Position numbers and translations under genes: made by a program
In this document: positions 1-10,321 of the stretch, piece after piece
How the letters are laid out: the number at the start of each line of letters is the position of its first letter
Position numbering within the stretch: position 1 is the stretch's first letter
Notes under the pieces: model-generated
Databases searched by the model: none
Told to the model about the DNA's origin: nothing
Seen by the model: only the letters and a program-made list of their open reading frames with translations
Source: an uncultured Planctomycetales bacterium
Lineage (GTDB): Bacteria; Omnitrophota; Gorgyraeia; Zapsychrales; JAHFFX01
Length of the DNA: 64,000 nucleotides
Assembly (NCBI GenBank): GCA_964464475.1
Contig: CAYXGG010000002.1
Span: 9,322-73,321, forward strand
Reading direction: 5' to 3'

Positions 1-969
1 ATCCGCGAGTCGCCGATCCAAACCTCGCAATAGCGCTCCACCTCCTGCCAGAACAATACCACGATCAATCAAATCCGATGCTAATTCCGGAGGAGTATGT
101 TCCAAACAAGTTTTTGTTCCGTCCACGATAGCTTGAACTGGTTCAGACAAAGCTTCCCGTAATTCGACCGAAGTAATTGTGACTGTTTTCGGCAAACCGG
201 AAATCAAATCTCGCCCTCGGACATCCATGTTTAATTCTTCTTCTAGAGGATAAGCCGATCCGATTCGTATTTTAATTTCCTCAGCGGTACGTTCACCAAT
301 CAATAAATTATAAGTCTTACGTAGGTACTCCATGATGGAATTATCCATCTCATCCCCGGCGATTCGGATTGATTTAGCATAGACAAGATCCCCTAATGAA
401 ATCACCGCGAAATCGGTCGTCCCACCACCGATATCAATAATCATATTGCCAGCAGCCTCTTCCACCGGTAGCCCAACTCCCACCGCAGCTGCTTTAGGCT
501 GTTCAATAAGATCGACCGATCTAGCTCCGGCACGCTCAGCAGAATCACGCACCGCGCGCTTTTCTACCTCAGTAATTCCGGAAGGAATACCAATAACCAT
601 CGCCGGGCGAACCAAGACCCTCCGGTTATGCACTTTCTTAATAAAATGCTTAAGCATCTGTTCCGTGATATCAAAATCCGAAATAACACCATCCTTCATA
701 GGACGAATGGCAATAATATTTCCGGGAGTACGACCTAACATTTTCTTTGCGTCTTCGCCTACGGCGATGACCTGGCGAGTGTCTTTATGAATGGCAACAA
801 CGGAAGGTTCCCGCAGGACGACCCCTTCTCCTTTGACATAAACCAAGGTATTGGCCGTTCCTAAATCAATCCCCATGTCATTAGAGAAAAGACCGAGAAA
901 ATAATCAATGATTTGCTTGCCAACTTTGCTAAATCTTGGCAGGTGGCGCGACCCTTTAAGTAATTCCAT
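1..969 (-). CDS. mreB: Rod shape-determining protein MreB (3' end truncated by window edge)
   Basis: Manual minus-strand translation from ATG at 969 gives ...[32 protein letters not shown]..., plus [10 protein letters not shown] and GDEMD motifs; absent from the ORF track because it has no stop in the window. Confidence 0.95.
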   Translation of the reverse strand, partial: MELLKGSRHLPRFSKVGKQIIDYFLGLFSNDMGIDLGTANTLVYVKGEGVVLREPSVVAIHKDTRQVIAVGEDAKKMLGRTPGNIIAIRPMKDGVISDFDITEQMLKHFIKKVHNRRVLVRPAMVIGIPSGITEVEKRAVRDSAERAGARSVDLIEQPKAAAVGVGLPVEEAAGNMIIDIGGGTTDFAVISLGDLVYAKSIRIAGDEMDNSIMEYLRKTYNLLIGERTAEEIKIRIGSAYPLEEELNMDVRGRDLISGLPKTVTITSVELREALSEPVQAIVDGTKTCLEHTPPELASDLIDRGIVLAGGGALLRGLDRRLAD

Positions 970-1040
970 AAAATCCTATTGTTTGAATAATCAGGGTGGT
1001 TTTGTATTGGTCGCTATATTAGTGAAAAGGCAGAATAATG

Positions 1041-2336
1041 TCAACGTATTTTTCGGCAGGAACCGGGCGGCAGAAGGCATTGCATATCGTCGACAAAATC
1101 CGGGTAAGATTTGTGGGTACAATCTATATCTTTAATCTTTACACCAAGTTTTAAGCCTAAAATACTAAAAGCCATGGCCAAACGGTGATCATTATGAGGA
1201 TCCAGCGACTGATGATGAAGATATTCCGACTGTGGATAAATAGTCATAGAACTTCGTTGCGTTTCAATCCTGGCGCCGACTTTTTTTAGTTCTCTTGTTA
1301 GATCACCAATCCGATCGGACTCTTTGACTCGGGCATGAGCAATGTCCTTTAAGCGCGTTTTCCCTTTGGCAAACATCGCGGCGACCGCCATGATCGGCAC
1401 CAAATCCGGACAATCCTTTAAAGAAAAATCGCCCCCTCTTAAGTTAAAAGGCCCGCATAGCACTAAACTCCGGGAAGTTTTCTTCCAACGCATTCCCATA
1501 GAACGCAAAAAACCCAAAATAGCCCCATCGGCTTGAACCGCATTGTCCTGCAAACTACCACCGAGCGTCACTCTGGAATCCAGCAGAGCCGCCGCAACCA
1601 TAAAGAAAGCCGCTAGACCATAATCGCTTGGCACAACATAATTTTTTAATCCACCAAAAATCTGACCACCTGGTATCAAGATATGTTTCTTATCTCGTAA
1701 CATTACCTTAACTCCTGCCCTGGCTAAGATCTGTCGCGTCATCGTGATATACGTCTCTGACACAAGGCTCTTCCCAATGATGGTCAGTCGCGTATTTTGT
1801 GGCAACTGCGGACACGCGATTAAAAGTGCCGATATAAATTGAGAACTTAAACTACCGTCAATACGAATTTCCCCTCCCTGCAAGCGCCCTCCCCGCAAAT
1901 AAATCGGCACACTTTGATTAGGACCAGTGCCTTCAATCTGCACTCCTTGCTTACGCAACGCCTCAATCAGAAAGGTATTCGGTCGACCTTTAAGCGACCC
2001 TTCCCCAAAAACAGTAGCTCTACGCTCCTCCAACGCCAAAAGCGGCAAAAGAAATCTTAATACCGTACCCGATTCTTTAACGTTAAGTCGTTTTAATCTA
2101 ACCTGAGAGGCATGAGCACGAATCGCAAAGTTCCTCTTTCCTCGGGCAGTTACTTTCGCTCCCAAGGCTTGCGCCATTCGCTGGGCGACCAGCGCGTCAT
2201 CGCAATTGGATGGGTTAATTAATTGCGACGATCCACCGCAAGCGGCGATCATAAAAGCTCGGATGGAATAAGATTTTGAAGCAGGCAAGACGATGGAACC
2301 GCACAAAGCTTCCACCGGACGAACAACTAAATTCAT
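1041..2336 (-). CDS. aroA: 3-phosphoshikimate 1-carboxyvinyltransferase (EPSP synthase)
   Basis: LPASKSYSIR, ESGTVLR, SSQFISAL, RVKESDRI, NDHRLAMAF and KSYPDF motifs. Confidence 0.95.
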   Translation of the reverse strand: MNLVVRPVEALCGSIVLPASKSYSIRAFMIAACGGSSQLINPSNCDDALVAQRMAQALGAKVTARGKRNFAIRAHASQVRLKRLNVKESGTVLRFLLPLLALEERRATVFGEGSLKGRPNTFLIEALRKQGVQIEGTGPNQSVPIYLRGGRLQGGEIRIDGSLSSQFISALLIACPQLPQNTRLTIIGKSLVSETYITMTRQILARAGVKVMLRDKKHILIPGGQIFGGLKNYVVPSDYGLAAFFMVAAALLDSRVTLGGSLQDNAVQADGAILGFLRSMGMRWKKTSRSLVLCGPFNLRGGDFSLKDCPDLVPIMAVAAMFAKGKTRLKDIAHARVKESDRIGDLTRELKKVGARIETQRSSMTIYPQSEYLHHQSLDPHNDHRLAMAFSILGLKLGVKIKDIDCTHKSYPDFVDDMQCLLPPGSCRKIR

Positions 2337-3265
2337 TTTTTTATGGAGATAATATCGTTCTTGCGGACTTTTTGACTGGAAAAAGGTGGAATAAAATCGG
2401 CGGCCGCCATATCCGACTGGACTTTAGAAACTTTCACATCCCCAAGATAATTTTGATCTCGGTAGATCGACATGACGGTTCCCGCGTCAACTCCGTCTTT
2501 CTTTCCCAAATCAAAAATAATGAAATCATTTTCTTTATCAACACTCAGAATGCGCCCCTCGATGTCACTGGCAACGGCATTCCCAACAAAAATTTTCTCA
2601 AGTTGAATAGCCGGCGAGGAGCTGGCCAATGTTTCTCGACGATTATAATCAACGCGCGAAGACTGCGGCACGGACTGTGTTGAAGGAGCTGAAAAAAGCT
2701 CGGAAGAAGGAAGCTCTCCACCGGAGGCTCCGGCGGGTGCTGAATCCACAGGAACCGTCGAAGGAGCAGACGCACCGGGCTGCCGTGCCTGCTCTTCCAA
2801 AGAGCGCAATTTGGATTCAATTTCATCCCGCAACTTTTTTTCACTGGCGACTTGAGATTCCAATTCTGCCACGCGCTTCTTGGCGGCTTCTAACTGTTCT
2901 CCCACTTCCTGACGTATTTTTTCTTTGGCCTGAGTTTCACTTTCCAAAGCCTCTTTGAGCGTAGCATTTTCTTCTTTGATCTGGTCTCTAACTCCATCGG
3001 CCAGTTCTTTCTCCGCACGCAAATCATTCATCGCCTCATCGGCCTCTTTCAATTTTTCTTCAACCAAAAATTGCTGTTTCTTAGCCTCTTTTAACTCAGC
3101 TTGCAATTTTGCTTCCGTAGCACGACTTTGTTCTAAATTCATCTCCGCCAACTTACGCAGCTCACTCTCTTTATGAAAATAAAATACGGCGATGACCGAT
3201 AAAGCCAGCAATAGGATGGAAATTAAGACGAGGAAAATCGTGAGAGTCTTCCCGCTTTTACTCAT
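2333..3265 (-). CDS. Membrane-anchored coiled-coil protein with P/S/A linker and C-terminal FlgT_C-like beta domain
   Basis: N-terminal TM helix, ~130-aa E/K/A coiled coil, C-terminal GRILSVD..FIIFDLGKKDGV..G.VKV; RBS AAGGAG upstream of ATG 3265. Confidence 0.75.
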   Translation of the reverse strand: MSKSGKTLTIFLVLISILLLALSVIAVFYFHKESELRKLAEMNLEQSRATEAKLQAELKEAKKQQFLVEEKLKEADEAMNDLRAEKELADGVRDQIKEENATLKEALESETQAKEKIRQEVGEQLEAAKKRVAELESQVASEKKLRDEIESKLRSLEEQARQPGASAPSTVPVDSAPAGASGGELPSSELFSAPSTQSVPQSSRVDYNRRETLASSSPAIQLEKIFVGNAVASDIEGRILSVDKENDFIIFDLGKKDGVDAGTVMSIYRDQNYLGDVKVSKVQSDMAAADFIPPFSSQKVRKNDIISIKK

Positions 3266-3316
3266 GAATGTTCTCCTTTGTGAGTAAAGACGCACCTGTT
3301 ATCGTAAGTTAATCAA

Positions 3317-3344
3317 ATTATATTTTAATTAACAGACGAGTAAA
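3317..3344 (-). promoter_or_regulatory. Putative sigma-70 promoter TTTACT-N16-TATAAT
   Basis: Perfect -10 box in an AT-rich intergenic region upstream of the 3265 start. Confidence 0.45.
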
Positions 3345-3373
3345 GCTAAATTCTAATTATTTAACCTTTAACT

Positions 3374-4279
3374 TTATTCCGGCAGGAAGAATTCGGACGG
3401 TGGACGGCAAGAAAACTCAAGATACCGGGTTGTTCCGGGATGAAAAAACCCTAACCCCTGGGCATGCAGGGCTAATCTAGGAAAAGTTTCCTTACGTCCA
3501 TATTTGTCATCACCCAAAATAGGATGGCCCAGGTACGCCATGTGGACTCGCAACTGATGCGTGCGCCCCGTTTTGGGAAAAAGTGAAACCAAGGTGCAAT
3601 GTTTATAGCGTTTGTCAACGGCGTAAAATGTTTTCGCTTTGCGGGCCTCCCCCTCGGCCGCGATAGCGACCTTATCGTGATAACGGGGATGTTTGCCCAA
3701 AGACGCATCAATCACCCCTTCATCAAACTGAACGTGACCTTCCACCAACGCAATATATTTTTTGCGAACAATTCTTTTTTCAAACTGCCGGCTTAAATTG
3801 ACATGCGTTTTGTCATTTTTAGCCACCACCATCAACCCAGAAGTTTCGCGATCGAGCCGATGAACAATGCCAGGCCTAATGGCTGAGTTTACTTGGGATA
3901 GCTGATCACGACAGTGATAGAGTAAAGCGTTGACCAGTGTCCCAGAATAAGTTCCGGAAGCAGGATGAACGATCATTCCAACGGGTTTATTAATGACTAA
4001 CAAGTCGTCATCTTCAAAAAAAATATCCAATGGAATGTTCTCGGCAGCCAAGTCATCCCAAGGCTGCTCGATCTCATCAGGAAAATCAACGTCGATCCGG
4101 TCTTGCCCATAAACCTTTTGATTCGGCTTCTTGATCTGCCCATTGACCAAAACTTTCCCTTCCTTAATCAAATCTTGAACAAAATTCCGAGACGGGACGT
4201 CCGGAATTGATTGGGCGAGAAAAATGTCGAGTCGCTTACCGTGAAACTCGCTGGCGACGTTGTAAGATAATTTCGGCAT
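3374..4279 (-). CDS. rluD: RluA/RluD-family pseudouridine synthase with S4 domain
   Basis: RLDIFL S4 domain, GIVHRLDRETSG, GRTHQLRVH, HPILGDDKYG; start reset to MPKLSY. Confidence 0.9.
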   Translation of the reverse strand: MPKLSYNVASEFHGKRLDIFLAQSIPDVPSRNFVQDLIKEGKVLVNGQIKKPNQKVYGQDRIDVDFPDEIEQPWDDLAAENIPLDIFFEDDDLLVINKPVGMIVHPASGTYSGTLVNALLYHCRDQLSQVNSAIRPGIVHRLDRETSGLMVVAKNDKTHVNLSRQFEKRIVRKKYIALVEGHVQFDEGVIDASLGKHPRYHDKVAIAAEGEARKAKTFYAVDKRYKHCTLVSLFPKTGRTHQLRVHMAYLGHPILGDDKYGRKETFPRLALHAQGLGFFHPGTTRYLEFSCRPPSEFFLPE

Positions 4280-4976
4280 AAAAAGCCCCTGCAAAAAGAA
4301 ACAAACACACCCATTGAAATATACTGATTCCGCTCGCCGGATCACCATGATCACCGCGAAAAAATTCGTTACCAAAGCGAATCAGGGCCGCGAATTTTAC
4401 ATAATTAATAAAAACTTGCCCTTCGTATTTCACCACACGAAAACTTTTCTTTAACAAGAAAAAAAGCGCAACCAACGCGAAAGATTCATACAATTGTGTA
4501 GGATGAACATGTTGCTGCAACGATGGGAAGTAAATTCCCCAAGCAACTGGCCGACCATAACAGCAACCGTTCAAAAAACAGCCAATCCTCCCGATCGCGT
4601 GCCCTAAGGCGATATATGGGGCGACCGTATCCAAAACCTTTCCCACGGGTAACCGTTTCTGACGGATGAATATCACCGCCGTCAAGAATCCACTGATCAA
4701 GCCTCCCTGAAACGCCAAACCTCCGTGCTGCAGCATGACAATCTCACTGGGGTTATTAATAAAAAATTTTAAATTTAAGAAAATATAAAAAACCCTAGCT
4801 CCGGCGATTCCCAGAATAACCACCCAAAAAACAAAATCCGCCAGGACATCCGGATCTAAATTTCTTGCTGGCGCTTCTCGACGCAAAAAATACACGCACA
4901 CCAAGACCGCGACGGCTAACATCAAACCGTAGGAATAAACCGTCACCGGGCCTATTTGGCAGAGTACGGGATACAT
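4236..4976 (-). CDS. lgt: Prolipoprotein diacylglyceryl transferase
   Basis: GARVFY, GGLAFQGG, IGRIGCFLNGCCYG, HPTQLYE. Confidence 0.95.
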   Translation of the reverse strand: MYPVLCQIGPVTVYSYGLMLAVAVLVCVYFLRREAPARNLDPDVLADFVFWVVILGIAGARVFYIFLNLKFFINNPSEIVMLQHGGLAFQGGLISGFLTAVIFIRQKRLPVGKVLDTVAPYIALGHAIGRIGCFLNGCCYGRPVAWGIYFPSLQQHVHPTQLYESFALVALFFLLKKSFRVVKYEGQVFINYVKFAALIRFGNEFFRGDHGDPASGISIFQWVCLFLFAGAFYAEIILQRRQRVSR

Positions 4977-5431
4977 TTTAGGAGGATAATAATGGCTCCG
5001 ATGGTAATCGCGCTGTCCGCGATGTTGAACACCGGCCAGATGCGGAAATCAATAAAATCAATGACGTACCCAAAATTGATCCGATCAATAAGATTGCCGA
5101 TAGCCCCGCCGAGGATAAGCGAAAACGCAACAATGTAAGTACGGCTTAGCGCTTTATGATTATGATAGTAGTAAATATTAAAAACCAACAAAACGATGGC
5201 GATCAACGGAATAATGATAAAGACAATCCCCTTGTCTTTAAATAACCCGAACGCGATCCCCGTGTTATGCACGAGCGTCATGTGCAAAACATTACGAATG
5301 ATCGGCCAGGATTCTCCGATTTCCAACGCTTGGGAAAAATAAATTTTGGTAAGACGATCTAAAATCGTGACGAACGCGACGGAAAAAAGGGAAAGAAAAA
5401 TATCGAATTGCGTGCGGACCGATTCTTTCAT
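4952..5431 (-). CDS. lspA: Lipoprotein signal peptidase II
   Basis: HNTGIAFG, GGAIGNLIDR, VIDFID, FNIADSAI; start reset to ATG 5431, which overlaps the upstream stop. Confidence 0.95.
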   Translation of the reverse strand: MKESVRTQFDIFLSLFSVAFVTILDRLTKIYFSQALEIGESWPIIRNVLHMTLVHNTGIAFGLFKDKGIVFIIIPLIAIVLLVFNIYYYHNHKALSRTYIVAFSLILGGAIGNLIDRINFGYVIDFIDFRIWPVFNIADSAITIGAIIILLKCIPYSAK

Positions 5432-5811
5432 CGGCGAGCTTCTAACTTCTCCTGGCACTTAAGGCATGTTTCGGTATACGGAATCGCTTTTAGCCTGATC
5501 TGAGCAATCAACTTTTGACATTCGGAACATAACCCAAACGTTTTATCTTCGATACGCTTAAGGGCCATCTCCACTTTTTGTAGTAACTCACGATCATTGG
5601 ACGCAAGTCCTAACGCGAATTCACGATCATACATGTCACTAGCCACATCCGCCATGTGTAAAGCGTGCCCAGACACATCCCCCTGGTTGTTGCCTTTGTC
5701 GGAGTTTTCCGAAGCCATCTGCTTAATATCGTAAGAAAGATCTTCTTTGATCTTAAGCAGTAATTTTTTAAATTGATCCAACGTCTTCTTGTCTAATTTC
5801 TTATCTGGCAT
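5428..5811 (-). CDS. DksA/TraR C4 zinc-finger protein
   Basis: HMADVASD coiled-coil tip; CSEC...RLKAIPY...CLKC. Confidence 0.9.
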   Translation of the reverse strand: MPDKKLDKKTLDQFKKLLLKIKEDLSYDIKQMASENSDKGNNQGDVSGHALHMADVASDMYDREFALGLASNDRELLQKVEMALKRIEDKTFGLCSECQKLIAQIRLKAIPYTETCLKCQEKLEARR

Positions 5812-8623
5812 TCATTATCTCCTTTACACTAGCAACACACCGGCCACAAAGCGTAGGGTGCTCTGCGTGCTGGCCAACATCTGAAACATAATTCCAACAA
5901 CGGGCGCACTTATGTCCGTCCGCCTTCTCAATCACAAGCTCCGTTTGCGAAAAAGCTTCACCAATCGGATGAGTAACGCCGGATACATGCTGCGCGTCTA
6001 CTTGCGACACTATAAAAAAGAACGCCAAAAAATCTCGATGCTTCTGAAATTCTTCCCAATCACGGTCAGAGGTAGTGCGCAGAATGACTTTTGCCTCCAG
6101 CGCTCCCCCGATTTCACCAGCGCGACGCTTTTCTTCCAAAGCTTTTAAAACAAACGGCCTTAACTCCAACAATAACTGCAACTCTTCATGCGCGGCAACA
6201 GCGCGAAACGCCATGGGGATATTAGGCCACTCCAGGAGATGAACGCTGAGGATTTTTACCAGAGAGGCCGGCTTGGGCATCACTTGAAAAATCTCTTCCG
6301 CTGTAAAACTTAAAATCGGAGCGACGAGCCTGACTAATCCGTCGACCAAATAATATAGTACTGTCTGCGCGGATTTTCTATTCTGGGAAAAAACGGGGGC
6401 AGTATACAGTCGATCTTTTAGGATGTCAAGATAAATGCTGGAGAGGTCCTCATTACAGAACAAATAAATCGCTTTGTAGACCCTAGAAAAATCATACGCC
6501 TCATACCCGGCCTTTACTTCATCCGTCAGCATCGCCAAGCGATATAACGCCCACCGGTCAATCGGCCACAAATCCTGATAAGCCACCTCATCCTGGCCGG
6601 GTTTAAACCCATCGAGATTCCCTAACATGAAACGAAACGTATTACGAATCTTACGGTAAGCGTCGATCAAGCGATCCAAGATTTCTTTCGAGACTCTGAT
6701 ATCTTCATTATAACTACTAGAAGCCACCCACAATCTCAGAATCTCAGCGCCACTATCCTTAATAATATCTTGGGGGGCAACGACATTACCTAAAGACTTA
6801 GACATCTTTCTTCCCTGACCGTCCACAACAAAACCATGTGTCAAAACCGCCTTATAAGGCGGACGCTCGTCAATGGCCAAAGAAGGAATAATCGAAGATT
6901 GAAACCATCCGCGATGCTGATCAGATCCTTCCAAATAAAGATCCGCCGGCAAAGGAACTTTCAATAAGGTATGAAAGACCGCCTGGTGACTGACCCCCGA
7001 ATCAAACCATACATCCAAAATGTCCGCCGTTTTCTTAAATTCATTCTGTCCACAATCTGGACATTTAAACTCCCGTGGGAGTAACTCCTGCAAATCGGCG
7101 CTAAACCAAACATCACTTCCCTCCGCCTTGGCTCTCTGCGCAAAGGACTCAATCACGTCGGCAAACAATTTATGCGCTCCCCCACAACCAACACATTCGA
7201 CGGCCGGAATGGGTACGCCCCAGAGCCGTTGCCGAGAAAGGCACCAATCCGGGCGTGTCGTCAGCATCCCCAAAATTCTTTCCTGACCTTCCGCGGGTAT
7301 CCATTCTACTTCTTTCTGCGCCGCAGTCATCAAGCGTGAACGTAACTCTTCGTGCTCCACATTTAAAAACCACTGCTCCGTCGCGCGAAAAATAATCGGT
7401 TTTTTACAGCGCCAGCAGTGCGGATAAGAATGGGTAATGGCTGCCTGAGCAAATAAAGTACCCCGTTCCGTCAAATCCGCTAGAATGCGTTCGTTAGCTT
7501 TAAACACATGTTGCCCGGCGTAGGGACCTGCTTTTTCAGTATAAACTCCCCGATCATTGACCGGCATCAGGACCGGCAAATGATTGGCAAGTCCAGCCCG
7601 AAAATCATCTTGCCCATGCCCTGGGGCGGTGTGCACCAATCCAGTTCCATCTTCTCTAGTTACGTAATCGACGAGAACAACCGTACATTTTTCAAGAACA
7701 TCAAAGGGATGCTTATAAGTAAAATTCGCCAGCTCGCTACCCATCACTTCAAACAATGGTGTTTCCTTTAAGAAACCCGTATTTTTTAGATTCAATTGAA
7801 ATCTAGATTTCTCTATGACGAGAATCTTATCCCCTTCTTTTTCTTCGACAAAAACGTATGTAAACTCAGGATGCACTGCCACCGCGACATTCGCCAACAA
7901 TGTCCATGGCGTCGTGGTCCAAATTAACAAAAATACGGGTTTCCCTGACGGCAATTTTGCCAAAGCTTGGGGATTATTGACTTTAAATTTCACATATACC
8001 GACGGGGAAGTATGGTTCTCATATTCGACTTCCGCCTCGGCCAAAGCCGTTTCGCACGTAAAACACCAGTTTACCGGCTTAAGCCCACGATAAATAAACC
8101 CTTTACGATTCAACGCCGCCAATGATTTTAAAATCCAGTACTCGTAATCCTTGGCCAGGGTCAGATACGGCTGCTCCCAATCCCCTAAAACTCCCAAACG
8201 TTTAAATTCTTCTCGCTGGATCCCCACAAATTTCATTGCGTAATCATGGGCTTGTCGACGAAAATTTCCCACTTCAACTTTAGATTTATCCGTCTTTAAA
8301 TCCTTAAAAAGCTGATGCTCAATCGGCAATCCATGGCAATCCCATCCGGGAACATAGGGTGCGTCAAATCCCTGCATGGTTTTATATTTGACCACCATGT
8401 CTTTCAAAATTTTATTGAGCGCATGACCAATATGAATGTGTCCGTTGGCATAGGGTGGGCCATCGTGCAAAACATACGTGGGCTTACCAGCCCGAGCCCG
8501 ACGAATTTCCTGATATAACCGCAGGTTCTCCCAAAACGCCAACAGCTGGGGTTCACGCTGTGCCAAATTGGCTTTCATGGCAAAGTCGGTTTTGGGTAAA
8601 TTTAAAGTATGCTGATAACTCAT
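5801..8623 (-). CDS. ileS: Isoleucine--tRNA ligase (type 1)
   Basis: GPPYANGHIHIGH, WTTTPWT, KMSKS, C-terminal CARCW zinc finger. Confidence 0.98.
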   Translation of the reverse strand: MSYQHTLNLPKTDFAMKANLAQREPQLLAFWENLRLYQEIRRARAGKPTYVLHDGPPYANGHIHIGHALNKILKDMVVKYKTMQGFDAPYVPGWDCHGLPIEHQLFKDLKTDKSKVEVGNFRRQAHDYAMKFVGIQREEFKRLGVLGDWEQPYLTLAKDYEYWILKSLAALNRKGFIYRGLKPVNWCFTCETALAEAEVEYENHTSPSVYVKFKVNNPQALAKLPSGKPVFLLIWTTTPWTLLANVAVAVHPEFTYVFVEEKEGDKILVIEKSRFQLNLKNTGFLKETPLFEVMGSELANFTYKHPFDVLEKCTVVLVDYVTREDGTGLVHTAPGHGQDDFRAGLANHLPVLMPVNDRGVYTEKAGPYAGQHVFKANERILADLTERGTLFAQAAITHSYPHCWRCKKPIIFRATEQWFLNVEHEELRSRLMTAAQKEVEWIPAEGQERILGMLTTRPDWCLSRQRLWGVPIPAVECVGCGGAHKLFADVIESFAQRAKAEGSDVWFSADLQELLPREFKCPDCGQNEFKKTADILDVWFDSGVSHQAVFHTLLKVPLPADLYLEGSDQHRGWFQSSIIPSLAIDERPPYKAVLTHGFVVDGQGRKMSKSLGNVVAPQDIIKDSGAEILRLWVASSSYNEDIRVSKEILDRLIDAYRKIRNTFRFMLGNLDGFKPGQDEVAYQDLWPIDRWALYRLAMLTDEVKAGYEAYDFSRVYKAIYLFCNEDLSSIYLDILKDRLYTAPVFSQNRKSAQTVLYYLVDGLVRLVAPILSFTAEEIFQVMPKPASLVKILSVHLLEWPNIPMAFRAVAAHEELQLLLELRPFVLKALEEKRRAGEIGGALEAKVILRTTSDRDWEEFQKHRDFLAFFFIVSQVDAQHVSGVTHPIGEAFSQTELVIEKADGHKCARCWNYVSDVGQHAEHPTLCGRCVASVKEIMNAR

Positions 8624-8641
8624 GGGGGATCTGGGAATAAT

Positions 8642-9502
8642 TTATTTGATGTACTTACTGATAAGCAGCTGCAAATCTTTTCTGGCTTCCTCGGCCATAT
8701 GTTCTTTTTGAGTAATAATGGCGTATTTTAAAGCGTCGGCAGCACTAAAAGCAGTCAATGCGCCAATACGTGGGATGGCAGTCTTTAAAATCATTTTGGC
8801 GTTTTCAACATTACGCCGCAAATAATCAATAATCATTTCTACCGTGACGGATTCATGCGCTTCGTGCCAACAATCATAATCGGTGACAGCCGCGAGAGTG
8901 GCGTAAGAAATTTCCGCCTCGCGGGCTAACTTGGCCTCCACCATGTTGGTCATCCCAATGATGTCCATCCCCCAGCTACGATATAACCGCGATTCCGCTT
9001 TGGTCGAAAACTGCGGACCTTCCATGTTGATATAGGTTCCCTTGGGATGAACATTCAACTTTAATTCTTTAGCGCTTTCGTACAAAATCTTAGCGATTTC
9101 CGGACTTACCGGATCAGCGAGCGCCACGTGAGCCACAATCCCATTATCAAAAAAAGTACTCGGCCGGGCCTGATGAGTTCGATCCACAAATTGGTCGGGA
9201 ACAACAAAATCCATGGGCTTCATGTCTTCACGCAAGCTGCCACATGCTGAAACGGAGACGATCGCTTCAACACCCAATTTCTTCATACCAAAGATATTGG
9301 CTCGATAATTAATTTTGGTTGGAGAAATCGTATGCCCGTGGCCGTGCCGCGGAAGAAAAACCACTTCCGTGCCAGCCAAATTTCCAATCTGAAATTTATC
9401 CGAAGGCATCCCAAAAGGAGTACCAATGGCCACAGCATCTTTTTTCTCTAATCCTTCAATGTTATAGAGTCCACTTCCACCGATAATGCCGACCTTAGCC
9501 AT
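8642..9502 (-). CDS. mtnP: S-methyl-5'-thioadenosine phosphorylase
   Basis: GIIGGSG, LPRHG, EGPQFST, GMT, TDYDCW. Confidence 0.93.
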   Translation of the reverse strand: MAKVGIIGGSGLYNIEGLEKKDAVAIGTPFGMPSDKFQIGNLAGTEVVFLPRHGHGHTISPTKINYRANIFGMKKLGVEAIVSVSACGSLREDMKPMDFVVPDQFVDRTHQARPSTFFDNGIVAHVALADPVSPEIAKILYESAKELKLNVHPKGTYINMEGPQFSTKAESRLYRSWGMDIIGMTNMVEAKLAREAEISYATLAAVTDYDCWHEAHESVTVEMIIDYLRRNVENAKMILKTAIPRIGALTAFSAADALKYAIITQKEHMAEEARKDLQLLISKYIK

Positions 9503-9515
9503 AATTCACCTCGGG

Positions 9516-10304
9516 TTAGGATAAAGAAAGTTGTGCGGCCCGATGATGTGCCGCCGCGACCGCCTGAACGATGATTGCCTCAATGTTATTTTTCATAAAA
9601 ACTTCAGTCGCTGCTTGGGTAGTACCGCCTTTGGACGTGACTTTGACGCGCAGGGCTGCCGGATTTTCGTTACGCTGGGCTAGCAAATGAATGCTGCCCA
9701 AAAAAGTTTGCCGAACAAGCTGATCGGTTGTTCCTTCATCAAAACCCAATTCTCGCGCGGCCTTCGCCAAACACTCCATAAACAAAAATACATACGCCGG
9801 CCCGCTTCCGGATATCGCCGTAACCCCATCCAGCATTTTTTCCGGAAGTACGATCACTTGGCCGATATGCTCTAATAGTTTTACCGCTTTCTTTAAATCA
9901 CCCAATTTGGCAAACTTGCCTTGTGAAACAGCCGTCATCCCCTCTCCAATCAACGCCGGCAGGTTAGGCATCGTGCGAATAACCCGCGCACCAGGTGGTA
10001 ATGCTTTCTCTAAATAAGAAGTCGTCAATCCCGCTGCGATGGAAAGCAAGACTTTATTTTTGCTCCAGGCGGAACGGATTTCCTGCAACGCTTCACCCGC
10101 GTCCTGAGGCTTAACCGCGAGTAAAACAATATCCGATTGTCGAACGGTTGAAAAAATATCATAAGCCTTCACTCGATATTTTTTCTTTAAGAAAGCAACT
10201 CGGGCTGCCTCCTTTTCCGATACGGAGACCTGATATTGACGCCGAAGGCTGGCCAAAATCGCTTCTCCCATGTTGCCGCCGCCAATAATGCCGATCTTAA
10301 TCAT
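9516..10304 (-). CDS. proC: Pyrroline-5-carboxylate reductase
   Basis: IGGGNMG, AVKPQ, RTMPN, SGSGPAY, VTSKGGTT. Confidence 0.95.
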   Translation of the reverse strand: MIKIGIIGGGNMGEAILASLRRQYQVSVSEKEAARVAFLKKKYRVKAYDIFSTVRQSDIVLLAVKPQDAGEALQEIRSAWSKNKVLLSIAAGLTTSYLEKALPPGARVIRTMPNLPALIGEGMTAVSQGKFAKLGDLKKAVKLLEHIGQVIVLPEKMLDGVTAISGSGPAYVFLFMECLAKAARELGFDEGTTDQLVRQTFLGSIHLLAQRNENPAALRVKVTSKGGTTQAATEVFMKNNIEAIIVQAVAAAHHRAAQLSLS

Positions 10305-10321
10305 AATATCGTTGTTGGAGA

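Noticed and set aside
2718-2737. GC palindrome CCACCGGAGGCTCCGGCGGG inside a linker-coding region
   Set aside because: Short, single copy and compatible with Pro/Ala/Gly codons; cannot be supported as a REP insertion
7680-7860. AT-richer patch within ileS
   Set aside because: Falls in the variable part of the editing domain, keeps frame and roughly normal length, and has no repeat or intein motifs
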